From Candidatus Hydrogenedentota bacterium (GTDB lineage Bacteria; Hydrogenedentota; Hydrogenedentia; Hydrogenedentales; SLHB01), in the NCBI GenBank assembly GCA_045863335.1, contig BTVY01000068.1:1-25047 (forward strand): 25,047 nt of DNA. The letters are read 5' to 3'. The notes beneath the pieces were generated by a model. The model had not been told where the DNA came from. It searched no databases and saw only the letters and a program-made list of their open reading frames with translations. The translations under genes and the position numbers were made by a program. Shown one piece after another: positions 15,644 to 24,829 of this stretch (within the stretch, counting starts at the first letter, position 1; each line of letters starts with the position of its first letter).

Positions 15644-17434
15644 CTACTCGGTCGCCTCGTCAAGGATCACGGCCCGTCCCGGATGACCCGGAATGCGGAC
15701 GTTCTCGACCATCTCCTGCACCTCCGGCGGGGGCGGAGGAGTGAGTCGCGAAACGACAAGCGTGACAACGAAATTCAGCACCATGCCGACCGCGCCGATG
15801 CCCTGGGCCGAAATCCCGAAGAACCAGGTTCCAAAGAAGGGCTCTTCGACGCCGGGGAGGATCTTGTCCGCGCGCGTGCCGAGGATATAGAAGCCGGTGA
15901 AGATGAGACCCACGAGGATTCCCGCTATGGCGCCCTCGCGATTGGTGCGTTGGTCGAAGATCCCGAGCAGGATGATCGGGAAAAAGCTCGCGGCGGCCAG
16001 TCCGAAGGCAAAGGCCACGACTTCGCCCACGAACCCGGGCGGATTGATGCCGAAATACCCGGCCACGACGATCGCGCCAATAACCATAATGCGGCCGACG
16101 CGAACGCGGTGAATCTCGTCCGCCGTGGGATTAATGAGCCGGTAGTAGATGTCATGGGCGATGGAACTGGAGATGACGAGGAGCAGACCGGCCGCGGTGG
16201 AGAGTGCGGCGGCAAGCCCGCCGGCGGCTACCAGCGCCACAACCCAGGGTGCAAGGCGCGCCACTTCCGGCGTGGACAGCACGATGATATCCCGGTCGAT
16301 CAGCGCCTCGCTCGTCTCGGGGTCGCCGGCGAACCGGATGTACCCGTCGCCGTCTTTGTCCGTAAAGGTGAGCAGGCCGGTCTTCTGCCACTGCAACGTC
16401 CAGCGAAGTTCTCTGGAGGCCTCGCCTTCCTTGGACTGGGTCAGGTGGTAAATTGGGACAGCAGAATCTTCATTGGGCATATCGATACGATCGATCCTGG
16501 CCCCTTCGAGGGATTGCAGGAGATTGTAACGCGCAAACGCGGCGAGGGCCGGGGCGGTAGTATACAGAATGGCGATAAAGAGGAGCGCCCATCCTGCCGA
16601 GTATCGCGCCGCGCGCACAGACTTCACCGTGTAGAACCGCACGATGACATGTGGCAGGCCTGCGGTACCAACCATGAGTGCGGCGGTGATACAGATCACA
16701 TCCAGCTTGCTCGTTTCGGTAAACGCTCGCGTGTATTCATTGAACCCAAGATCCACTTGGATCTGATTGAGCCGCTCCACGATATCGCTCGTGGTAAACG
16801 CGACTTGGGGAATGGGCATGCCGGTCAGCATGTGCGCGATGGCGATGGACGGAATCAGGTAGGCAACGATCAGCACGAAGTACTGCGCCACCTGTGTCCA
16901 CGTGATCCCCTTCATGCCGCCGAGCACGGCGAAGAACCCGACGATGACCATCCCAATCACGACGCCTGTCGCGATGTCCACGCCGAGAAAGCGGCTGAAC
17001 ACGATGCCCACGCCGCGCATTTGGCCGGCCACATAGGTCAACGAGACGAAGATGGCGGCAATCACCGCCACCACGCGCGCGGTGTGCGAGTAGTACCGGT
17101 CGCCTACGAAGTCCGGCACCGTGTACTTGCCGAACTTGCGCAGGTAGGGCGCCAGCAGCAGCGCGAGCAGCACGTATCCGCCGGTCCATCCCATGAGATA
17201 GACGGACCCGTCGTAGCCCATGAACGAAATCAGGCCCGCCATGGAGATAAAGGACGCTGCCGACATCCAGTCCGCGGCGGTGGCGGCGCCATTGGCGACG
17301 GCAGGCACGCCCTGCCCCGCGACGTAGAATCCGGCGGACTCCCGCACGCGCGAGCGCCAGCCGATGTACAGGTACACGATGAAGGTTACGCTGACAAAGA
17401 CGAAGGTCCAGGCTTCCGTGGTCATGTGTGGCAT
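15644..17434 (-). CDS. actP: Cation/acetate (monocarboxylate) symporter, SSS family, VC_2705-like subfamily
   Basis: FYVAGQGV, NGAATAADWMSAASFISMAG, APYLRKFGKYTVPDFVGDRYYS, GGMKGITWTQVAQY, GTAGLPHVIVRFYTV, loop DKDGDG. Sits directly after a DUF4212 gene. Alternative start ATG 17425. Confidence 0.9.
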   Translation of the reverse strand: MPHMTTEAWTFVFVSVTFIVYLYIGWRSRVRESAGFYVAGQGVPAVANGAATAADWMSAASFISMAGLISFMGYDGSVYLMGWTGGYVLLALLLAPYLRKFGKYTVPDFVGDRYYSHTARVVAVIAAIFVSLTYVAGQMRGVGIVFSRFLGVDIATGVVIGMVIVGFFAVLGGMKGITWTQVAQYFVLIVAYLIPSIAIAHMLTGMPIPQVAFTTSDIVERLNQIQVDLGFNEYTRAFTETSKLDVICITAALMVGTAGLPHVIVRFYTVKSVRAARYSAGWALLFIAILYTTAPALAAFARYNLLQSLEGARIDRIDMPNEDSAVPIYHLTQSKEGEASRELRWTLQWQKTGLLTFTDKDGDGYIRFAGDPETSEALIDRDIIVLSTPEVARLAPWVVALVAAGGLAAALSTAAGLLLVISSSIAHDIYYRLINPTADEIHRVRVGRIMVIGAIVVAGYFGINPPGFVGEVVAFAFGLAAASFFPIILLGIFDQRTNREGAIAGILVGLIFTGFYILGTRADKILPGVEEPFFGTWFFGISAQGIGAVGMVLNFVVTLVVSRLTPPPPPEVQEMVENVRIPGHPGRAVILDEATE

Positions 17435-17440
17435 GGCGGG

Positions 17441-17704
17441 TTACTCGTCCACGTGGTGCGCGACGTCGTACTTGTCCATCCGCCACGCGTAGTAGAAGAT
17501 CATGACGACGAAGATATAGATGGAACCCTGTTGGGCCATCCAGAACCCGAAGGGAACGCCGAAGAAAGTAATCTTGTTGAGGAGTTCCACGAAAATTATG
17601 CTGCACCCGAACGACACGATGGCCCAAACGATCAGCAGCTTCGCGATCAGCCGCTCGTTGGCCCGCCAGTACCGGGCATATTGTTCGTGCTTGTCTTCCG
17701 ACAC
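17441..17704 (-). CDS. DUF4212 family putative solute:sodium symporter small subunit
   Basis: GGGGAGGGAG RBS and GTG start. YWRAN, two TM segments, GVPFGFWMAQQGSIYIFV, M..YD. Confidence 0.92.
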   Translation of the reverse strand: MSEDKHEQYARYWRANERLIAKLLIVWAIVSFGCSIIFVELLNKITFFGVPFGFWMAQQGSIYIFVVMIFYYAWRMDKYDVAHHVDE

Positions 17705-17785
17705 GATGCTCCCTCCCCGAATGGTCCGCGGACGGTCCGCGGATACTGCCGCATAAAAATGAGTAGACCCGACTTGCAGACCTAG

Positions 17786-17814
17786 ACCTTAGCCGACTCA
17801 CGGCCTCAGTGCAA
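17786..17814 (-). promoter_or_regulatory. Putative sigma70 promoter for DUF4212-actP
   Basis: Minus strand TTGCAC (17814-17809), 17 bp, TAAGGT (17791-17786). Confidence 0.5.
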
Positions 17815-17894
17815 GCCGCGGGGGTGGAAGTTGCATACGGTGGCCGCATCGCAATCCGAGGATCCGCATCTGCCGGGCGGGATGGCAACCGGCC

Positions 17895-17923
17895 TTGTAT
17901 GCCCGGCGGTTGGCCGATAGAAT
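17895..17923 (+). promoter_or_regulatory. Putative sigma70 promoter for the 581-aa gene
   Basis: TTGTAT (17895-17900), 17 bp, TAGAAT (17918-17923). Confidence 0.55.
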
Positions 17924-17977
17924 ACTGAATTCTGCTCCTTGTCGGGGAAATCGAAGGCTTGAGGAGACCGTTGTAGC

Positions 17978-19723
17978 ATGGCTGTGCAGTGGACCGCTTA
18001 CATTGACGCCGAGACGTTGCGTGGCGAATTGGCGGAAGAAAACAACCTCATCAAAGCCGTTGAATTGATGCAGTCGTGTCAGATTCGGCGGGTCGTTTTG
18101 GAAGGCTTCCGCTTCGGCGCGGTGGTCGCCGAAGAGTGGTTGCACGCCGTCCGGGATTTTTTCGAACGCCAGGGTTTTGCCACGCTGGGCGGAATCATGC
18201 CACTGCACGGCGAGTCCTTCGGCAAGCGCGCCGTAGGCGTGGAGACGCGGCAGCCCGTATTTTGTTACAGCGACCGGGATACGGTCGACGCCCTTGAGCA
18301 GGAGGTTCGCAAGCTTGCCCGGCTATTTGGCCAGGTCGTAATCGACGACGGCTTCTTCACGTCGTGCCGGTGCCCGGAATGCGCCCACGCCTGTATTGAC
18401 GGCGACTGGGGCGCCATGCGGCGGCGGCTTCTCTCCGACGTGGCGTCCCGTTGGGTGCGGGCCGCGCACGAGGAAAACCGGCATGTCCGTCTCACCGTAA
18501 AGTTCCCGCAGTACTACGACCGCTACCATCGATTCGGCTACGACGTCGTTCGCTTCCCGAAAATCTTCGATGCCGTGTGGCAGGGCTCGGAGACCCGCGA
18601 CCCCGACACCCTCGACTATGGGTACGTGGAGCAATACCAGGGTTACTTCAACTTGCGCTGGATGCAGCTTTGCGCAGGCGCCAAATGCGAATCGGGATGG
18701 TTCGATTTTCTGGACTGCGACGGCCAACTGTTTTTCGATCAGGCCGTGACGACGAGTCTCGGCGCTCCAGATGCCGTCACGATATACCGGTACGACAAGA
18801 CCCTGTTCAACGGAAGCCGCATGGGCCGGCTTGTGAAGAACATAGATGGCCTGGAAGCGCTGCGTACGGCCGCAGTGAAGCCCCAAGGCGTTCACGTCAT
18901 CAAGCCACCGAATGCCGACGGGGGCAGAGACCTGTTCATCTTCGATTACCTCGGCATGCTCGGCATTCCCTGCGTGCCCGCCACCGAAATCTCCACGTCC
19001 ATGCGCAGCATCATCGTCACGGCCCACAGCATTTCCGATCGCAACGTGGTCGACGCCATTCCGCGCGCGCTGATGGCGGGGCGTCACGTGATCCTGACGT
19101 TTGACGCGTTACGGCGACTGGCCGACCGGCCCGAGATTCTGGAATTCATGGGATACCGCCCCTCGGATCTCGCGCCCGCAGGCGCCGCCGTGCGACAGTT
19201 CCATCTTGATGGAATGACGTTTTCGTGTGAAGAAACCTTCCGTGTGCCCGGCGACCTTGCGCCGTCGGACGCGGCGGTCCTCGCGTGGGCGGAGCTGGAT
19301 GCGAGCCCAGAGTTCCCGGCGCGGGTTCCGATGGTGACAGCCAAGTCCTACGCGAGCGGCGGACGCGCCATCGTGTGGAATCTGGGCACCTTTGGGGATT
19401 CGGACTTCGATATTCGGGAGCAACTGAACGTGCCGGTTCGGAGCGATTTGTTTAACATCCCGAAACGGGTGATCGACTTTCTTCGGCAAACCGCGACGGG
19501 TCCGCACCGGTTTACGATCCAGGCGCCGGCACGCGTGGCGACGTTCCTCTTCGACGAACACATTGCGTTTGCCAACTACGGCGCCGTGCCAGCCGAGGTC
19601 GAGGTGTCAGGATTGGCCTGGGAATCCGAATCACTCAAGACGGACTCGCCGAAGACGGTGTGTTCCGGCAGTACCCTGTTCCTCGCCACCCGGAGCTACG
19701 GATTGCTCGAACTAAAGCGATGA
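17978..19723 (+). CDS. Conserved hypothetical protein, probable glycoside-hydrolase-like TIM barrel with C-terminal GATase-like/trimerisation domain
   Basis: GAGGAG RBS. Motifs FCYSD, VIDDGFFTSCRCPEC, VKFPQYYD, GSETRDP, GWFD, DYLGMLGIP. No signal peptide. Confidence 0.6.
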   Translation: MAVQWTAYIDAETLRGELAEENNLIKAVELMQSCQIRRVVLEGFRFGAVVAEEWLHAVRDFFERQGFATLGGIMPLHGESFGKRAVGVETRQPVFCYSDRDTVDALEQEVRKLARLFGQVVIDDGFFTSCRCPECAHACIDGDWGAMRRRLLSDVASRWVRAAHEENRHVRLTVKFPQYYDRYHRFGYDVVRFPKIFDAVWQGSETRDPDTLDYGYVEQYQGYFNLRWMQLCAGAKCESGWFDFLDCDGQLFFDQAVTTSLGAPDAVTIYRYDKTLFNGSRMGRLVKNIDGLEALRTAAVKPQGVHVIKPPNADGGRDLFIFDYLGMLGIPCVPATEISTSMRSIIVTAHSISDRNVVDAIPRALMAGRHVILTFDALRRLADRPEILEFMGYRPSDLAPAGAAVRQFHLDGMTFSCEETFRVPGDLAPSDAAVLAWAELDASPEFPARVPMVTAKSYASGGRAIVWNLGTFGDSDFDIREQLNVPVRSDLFNIPKRVIDFLRQTATGPHRFTIQAPARVATFLFDEHIAFANYGAVPAEVEVSGLAWESESLKTDSPKTVCSGSTLFLATRSYGLLELKR

Positions 19724-19736
19724 AAAATATCGCTCG

Positions 19737-21230
19737 TCAAACCATCAGTTGCGGCACGAGTTTACCTGCCACATCGGTGAGGCGGAAGTCGCGTCCCTGG
19801 TAGCGGTAGGTGAGCCGCTCGTGATCGATGCCGAAGAGATGCAGCATGGTCGCGTGGAAATCGTTGACGTGGATCGGGTCTTTTACGATGCTCCAGCCGA
19901 TCTCGTCCGTCTCGCCAATGACCTGTCCGCCTTTGATGCCGCCGCCCGCCATCCACATGCTGAACGCGAAGGGGTGGTGGTCGCGGCCTGTGTTCGGCGT
20001 GCGGAACCCGGCGCGGTTCTCGCCCAAGGGCGTCCGCCCGAACTCGCCCGCCCAGATCACCATGGTCGAATCGAGGAGGCCGCGCTGCTTCAAATCTTTG
20101 ATCAAAGCTGCGATAGGCTGATCGCACATCATGCAGTTGAAAGGCAGGCGATCGTCCAGTTCGGAATGGTGGTCCCAGGTGGCGTGGTAGATGTTGATGA
20201 ACCGCACGCCGCGCTCTACCATCCGCCGCGCGAGCAGGCAGTTCGACGCGAAGGTCTGAAACTCATCCGGTCCACCGCTCCGGAATTTCTTCCAAGTTTC
20301 GCCTTCCGTGCGGTTCACGCCGTAGGCGTCGAGCGTTTCCTGCGATTCGTTGGAGAAGTCGATGAGGTCCGGGGCCTCCACCTGCATGCGCCCGGCCAAT
20401 TCGTAGGTCGAAATGCGGGAGAGGATTTCCGGGTCGAGCGTCTCCTGGTACCGCATCTGGTTCATGTCGCGAATGGTGTCGAGGCCGAGGCGCTGGCACT
20501 CGTGCGGCAAGTCGCCCGGGTTGCTGAGGTGCAGCACGGGGTCGCCCTGGTTCCGGAACAACACGCCCTGGTACGTGGACGGCAGAAAACCGCTTGACCA
20601 GTTGGTCGCGCCGCCGGTGGTGCCACGGCCCGCCGTGAGTACGACGTAGCCGGGGAGATTCTGGGATTCCGAGCCCAGCCCGTAGGTAATCCAGGAACCC
20701 ATGACCGGACGTCCAAAGGTCATGACGCCGGTGTTCATCATGGTTTGGCCGGGGTGGTGGTTAAACGCCTCCGTGTGCATGGAACGAACCAACGCGATAT
20801 CGTCGGCGCAGGTGCCGATGTGCGGCAGCAGATCGGAAAGTTCCATGCCGCATTCGCCGTACGGCGTAAACGTGCGATTGCTGCCTTTCAACACCGCCGT
20901 GTCTTTCTGAATGAACGCGAAGCGCACATTCTCTGTCATGGAATCGGGGAGGGGTTGACCGTCGAGTTCGTTCAGTTTCGGCTTGGGATCGAAGAGGTCG
21001 ATCTGGCTCGGCGCACCGGCCATGAAGATACAGATGCAGGCCTTCGCTTTGGGCTCGAAGTGCGGCTGCTTCGGCGCAAGCGGATTCTCCACTTGGGGCA
21101 ACTCATCGGCATGGGCGATAACGCCCTCTTGAAGCAACATCGATGTCAGCGCGAGCCCGCCTAAACCGCTGGCGGTAGTCGTGAGAAACTCCCTGCGGGA
21201 TTGCAGAATGCGTTCAATCCTGGATTCCAT
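19737..21230 (-). CDS. DUF1501 domain protein (planctomycete-type, alkaline phosphatase/sulfatase-like fold) with Tat-like signal
   Basis: SRREFL, HFEPKAKACICIFMAGAPSQIDLFDPKP, NCLLARRMVERGVRF, WDHH, GEFGRTP, GRDHHP, DFHATMLHLFGIDHERLT, RLTDVAG. Confidence 0.95.
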   Translation of the reverse strand: MESRIERILQSRREFLTTTASGLGGLALTSMLLQEGVIAHADELPQVENPLAPKQPHFEPKAKACICIFMAGAPSQIDLFDPKPKLNELDGQPLPDSMTENVRFAFIQKDTAVLKGSNRTFTPYGECGMELSDLLPHIGTCADDIALVRSMHTEAFNHHPGQTMMNTGVMTFGRPVMGSWITYGLGSESQNLPGYVVLTAGRGTTGGATNWSSGFLPSTYQGVLFRNQGDPVLHLSNPGDLPHECQRLGLDTIRDMNQMRYQETLDPEILSRISTYELAGRMQVEAPDLIDFSNESQETLDAYGVNRTEGETWKKFRSGGPDEFQTFASNCLLARRMVERGVRFINIYHATWDHHSELDDRLPFNCMMCDQPIAALIKDLKQRGLLDSTMVIWAGEFGRTPLGENRAGFRTPNTGRDHHPFAFSMWMAGGGIKGGQVIGETDEIGWSIVKDPIHVNDFHATMLHLFGIDHERLTYRYQGRDFRLTDVAGKLVPQLMV

Positions 21231-21232
21231 GC

Positions 21233-24200
21233 CTACTCCCTCGTAATGAACTCATCGAGATTCATGATCACCCGCGCCAGGGCGACGTACGTTGCACTTT
21301 CCGTCGCGGGGACATCGTCCGGAACGTGCTGGTCTGCAAATTTCTTCGCGGTCTCAGGGTCCGCTTCGAATGCCGATTTCTGGTCAGCGAGGAATTGTCT
21401 CAGCCGAGCCATTTCCGCGTCGGACGGCTCGCGGCCCATGCATTGCCGGAACGCGAAGCGGATACGGCTGTCTTCATCCTGCGGGGCCTCAGCAAGTATA
21501 CGGCCTCCGAGCGCCTGCGCGCATTCAAAGAACACGGGGTCGTTCAACAGCGTGAGCGCTTGGAGCGGCGTGTTCGAGCGATTGCGCTTCACCGCCGCCG
21601 AGTTCGAGTCGGGGCAGTCGAACGTCATCAGCATGGGATACGGGACCGCCCGCTGAAAGAAGATGTAGATACCGCGCCGGTACTTCTCGGGCGCGTCGTC
21701 CTCCTGCCATTTGATAGACCCGGCGTAGCCAAGGTCCGCGATTCCCGCGGGCTGTGGCGGACGAATGCTCGGCCCGCCCACCACGGCATCGTGCAGCAGT
21801 CCGCTCGCGGCGAGGTATGCATCGCGCGTGATCTCCGCCTCGACATGATAACGGCTCTGCCGCGCAAGCAATCGGTTTGCCGGGTCGCGGTCGTAGATGT
21901 CCGGCCGCACGTCAGACGACTGCTTATACGTCGACGAATTCACGATGAGCCGGATCATGTCCTTGGTGCTCCACCCGCGCGCGACGGCTTCGGTCGCCAG
22001 CCAATCGAGCAACTCCGGATGAGACGGCGCTTCGCTGCGCGTGCCGAAATCGTCCGGCGTGGCCACGATGCCTCGTCCGAAAAGCCGTTGCCAAAGGCGA
22101 TTCACGTAGACGCGCGGCGTCAGCGGATTCTGGGGGTCCACGATCCAGCGCGCCAGGTCAAGGCGGTCCGGCGATTCGCCGCGCGGTTCGAGGGGCGGCA
22201 GGACAGCCGGCACGGCAGGCTGCACTTCATCGCCCTTGGAGAGAAAGTCCCCGCGGAGATGGATGAAAGTTTTAGGCGGATCGGGATTGCGCACCAGCGC
22301 TTGTGCGATCGTCTTGGGCGGTTGCGGTTTGGCTTTGAGCAATTCGTCCAGCGGCGCGCGCAGCTCGCGGAACTTCGCGTCCTGGTCGCAGTAGTAGTCG
22401 AGCAGCGCCGTCTTCTGTTCGTCCGTCCGTTCCTCGGCGGGTGTCGTCAACGCGGCGTACACCTGGTCGGAGTACTGAATTTCGGACGCGGCCAACTTCG
22501 ATACCGAGAGGCGGACGCGGCCGATGTTGTGTGCGCGACCGTACTGATGGTTCAACACAAAGGTCAGGATCGTTCCATCGGGATAACCGATAGCCTCGTC
22601 GGTCTCAAAGGTCGCATAGCGGTCCGTATTGAATCCGCCGTCGCGGTAGATGGCCCAACCGGAATCGGGATTGCCGTCAATCGCGTTCGCGACTTCGTTA
22701 CCCGGTTCTTCAAAATCGGCGCTGGGGCGAACCAGTTCGATTCTCTTCATGTTGTTCGGTTCGTTCGCGGGGGCCGCGTAGACCTCGAATTCACCCAATA
22801 CGAAGTTGCCGTTGCTCGCGCGGCCCGGTCCCTTGCTGCCCAGGGAATCGTGGGTCAGGGCCTGAATGCGGAACGTCTTCAGGCCGATGTCGCGCGACAT
22901 GGCGACGATCGTGTACTTGTCTTTCGGCGCGAGCGTACCCTTCACGAGGAGGGACTGGTCGTCGAGTTCTTCAAACTCGCTGCCGCCGCTCGAGGTGTAG
23001 CTGGCGGGATCGAGAACCGTCCAACCCGCCGCCGGAACTTCGAGACCAGCTTCCCACTCGGGCAGCTTCTCCGCGAGCGCGGCTCGATGCTCGTCGATGG
23101 CCTTCTGCAGTTCGTTCGCCTGGGCGTTGAACCGGGCTAACGCGTCTTCGTAGGCCATCTCCTCACCCGGTAGCGGAGCCGGCACGTTCTTTTCCATTGC
23201 CGCATTGAAGAAGGCGTAGAACTGGAAATACTCGCGCTGACTGATGGGGTCATACTTGTGAGAGTGACACTCGGCACAGCCCATCGTCAATCCAAGGAAG
23301 ACCGTGCCTGTCGTGTTGGCGCGGTCGACGGTTTGCTTCACGCGATCCTCTTCGGGATCGATGCCGCCTTCCTTGTTGGTCAGCGTGTTGCGATGAAAGC
23401 CGGTCGCCATCAGTTCGTCCGTGTCCGCGCCGGGCAAGAGGTCGCCCGCCAACTGTTGGACCACAAACTGGTCGTACGGCATGTCGCGATTCAACGCGTC
23501 AATGACCCAGTCACGGTAGCGGTAGGCGTAGGGCCGTACGCCGTCCTTCTCGTAACCGTCGCTGTCGGCGTAGCGGGCGAGGTCCAGCCAGAACCGGCCC
23601 CAGCGTTCGCCAAAATGCTCGGATGCGAGCAGCTTGTTGACGACACGCTGGTAGGCCGACGGCGAGTCATCGGCGACAAACTGATCCACCTCTTCCGGTG
23701 TCGGCGGGATGCCAATCAGGTCGAAATGGAGTCGACGAATGAGTGTGACCTTGTCCGCCTCGGGCGAGGGACTGATGCCTTCGCTTTCGAGTTTGGCGAG
23801 AATAAACCGGTCGATATCGTTGGACGGCCAGTCCGCGTTCTGAACCTCCGGCGCCGCGGGACGCACTGGCGTCTGGAACGCCCAGTGATCCGACGCTACC
23901 TGGACCGGCGCGTCGCTGGCGGTCTGCGGCCATTCAGCTCCGGCGGCGATCCACGCCTTCAGCTTCGCAATCTGCTCTGCCGTCAGCGGGTCGCCCTGGG
24001 GGGGCATCTGGCGGTCCGGCTCCGCGCCGGATACTAGTTGAATCAACAGGCTGTTGTCCGGGTTGCCCGCGACGATGGCGGGTCCCGAGTCGCCGCCGTG
24101 CATGGCGGGTTCCTGGAGGTCGAGGCGCAATCCACTCTTCTGTTTCTCGGGTCCGTGGCAGGTAAAGCAGCGCTCCGCCAGGATAGGTTGAATGTCGGTT

Positions 24201-24760
24201 TCGAACATGGACGTTCCGGTCGCAGGAACGGCCTCGGGTTCCGGTTGCGACTCCGTCGCAGGGACTGCTTCGGGTTCGGGCTTTGGTTCGGCGGCGGGAG
24301 GCGTTTCGGCCGGCGCCTCAGCAGGCGGCGCGGCCTCGGCCTTCGGCTCCGTAGCTGCTTCGGCCGCGGGGGCCGGAGTCTCCGGCGCGGGGGCTGCCGC
24401 ACTCCAGACGGCGCCTTCGGCGATCCACTGCTTCAACGTCGCGACCTGCGCGTCCGTAAGGCGGTCGCCCTTCGGCGGCATCACGCAATTGGGATCCTGC
24501 CCGGATACCAGTTGAATCAACCGGCTGCCTTCGGCATCGCCAATGAGAATGACGGCGCCAGACTTCCCGCCTCGCAACGCCGTTTCCTCGAGGTCCAGCC
24601 GAAGTTCCGCTTTCTGGTTCTCCGGACCGTGGCACCCGAAACAATTCGATTCCAGGATGGGCCGGACCTCGGCGTCAAAGTCCACCGCAGCAAACGCGAA
24701 CGGCGTCATGACCCCGGCCAACAAACAGAGCAATCCCCTAGTAGAATGTCGCATGAGCAT
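21233..24760 (-). CDS. Planctomycete cytochrome c protein: 2x PSCyt1 + DUF1549 (PSCyt2) + DUF1553 (PSD1), three CxxCH motifs
   Basis: Sec signal. CFGCH (24643-24629), CFTCH (24169-24155), CAECH (23278-23264). HWAFQ, IDRFI, WLDLARYADSDG, NPLTPRVYVNRLWQ, PSHPELLDWLA, NTPLQALTLLNDP, NLDEFITRE. Confidence 0.95.
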   Translation of the reverse strand: MLMRHSTRGLLCLLAGVMTPFAFAAVDFDAEVRPILESNCFGCHGPENQKAELRLDLEETALRGGKSGAVILIGDAEGSRLIQLVSGQDPNCVMPPKGDRLTDAQVATLKQWIAEGAVWSAAAPAPETPAPAAEAATEPKAEAAPPAEAPAETPPAAEPKPEPEAVPATESQPEPEAVPATGTSMFETDIQPILAERCFTCHGPEKQKSGLRLDLQEPAMHGGDSGPAIVAGNPDNSLLIQLVSGAEPDRQMPPQGDPLTAEQIAKLKAWIAAGAEWPQTASDAPVQVASDHWAFQTPVRPAAPEVQNADWPSNDIDRFILAKLESEGISPSPEADKVTLIRRLHFDLIGIPPTPEEVDQFVADDSPSAYQRVVNKLLASEHFGERWGRFWLDLARYADSDGYEKDGVRPYAYRYRDWVIDALNRDMPYDQFVVQQLAGDLLPGADTDELMATGFHRNTLTNKEGGIDPEEDRVKQTVDRANTTGTVFLGLTMGCAECHSHKYDPISQREYFQFYAFFNAAMEKNVPAPLPGEEMAYEDALARFNAQANELQKAIDEHRAALAEKLPEWEAGLEVPAAGWTVLDPASYTSSGGSEFEELDDQSLLVKGTLAPKDKYTIVAMSRDIGLKTFRIQALTHDSLGSKGPGRASNGNFVLGEFEVYAAPANEPNNMKRIELVRPSADFEEPGNEVANAIDGNPDSGWAIYRDGGFNTDRYATFETDEAIGYPDGTILTFVLNHQYGRAHNIGRVRLSVSKLAASEIQYSDQVYAALTTPAEERTDEQKTALLDYYCDQDAKFRELRAPLDELLKAKPQPPKTIAQALVRNPDPPKTFIHLRGDFLSKGDEVQPAVPAVLPPLEPRGESPDRLDLARWIVDPQNPLTPRVYVNRLWQRLFGRGIVATPDDFGTRSEAPSHPELLDWLATEAVARGWSTKDMIRLIVNSSTYKQSSDVRPDIYDRDPANRLLARQSRYHVEAEITRDAYLAASGLLHDAVVGGPSIRPPQPAGIADLGYAGSIKWQEDDAPEKYRRGIYIFFQRAVPYPMLMTFDCPDSNSAAVKRNRSNTPLQALTLLNDPVFFECAQALGGRILAEAPQDEDSRIRFAFRQCMGREPSDAEMARLRQFLADQKSAFEADPETAKKFADQHVPDDVPATESATYVALARVIMNLDEFITRE

Positions 24761-24800
24761 CAGCCAGCCTTGCCATTATTGCTGCCATTAACCAGTATCC

Positions 24801-24829
24801 ATCCTAACACAATTCGCACCGGGTGGCTA
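24801..24829 (-). promoter_or_regulatory. Putative extended -10 promoter for the PSCyt/DUF1501 operon
   Basis: Minus strand TAGCCA, 17 bp, TGnTAGGAT. Confidence 0.4.

Noticed and set aside
15683-17785. 700-aa plus-strand ORF antisense to actP/DUF4212
   Set aside because: Shadow ORF expected from GC-rich codon bias in a hydrophobic gene. His/Arg/Asp-rich with no motifs. The same applies to 16737-17888.
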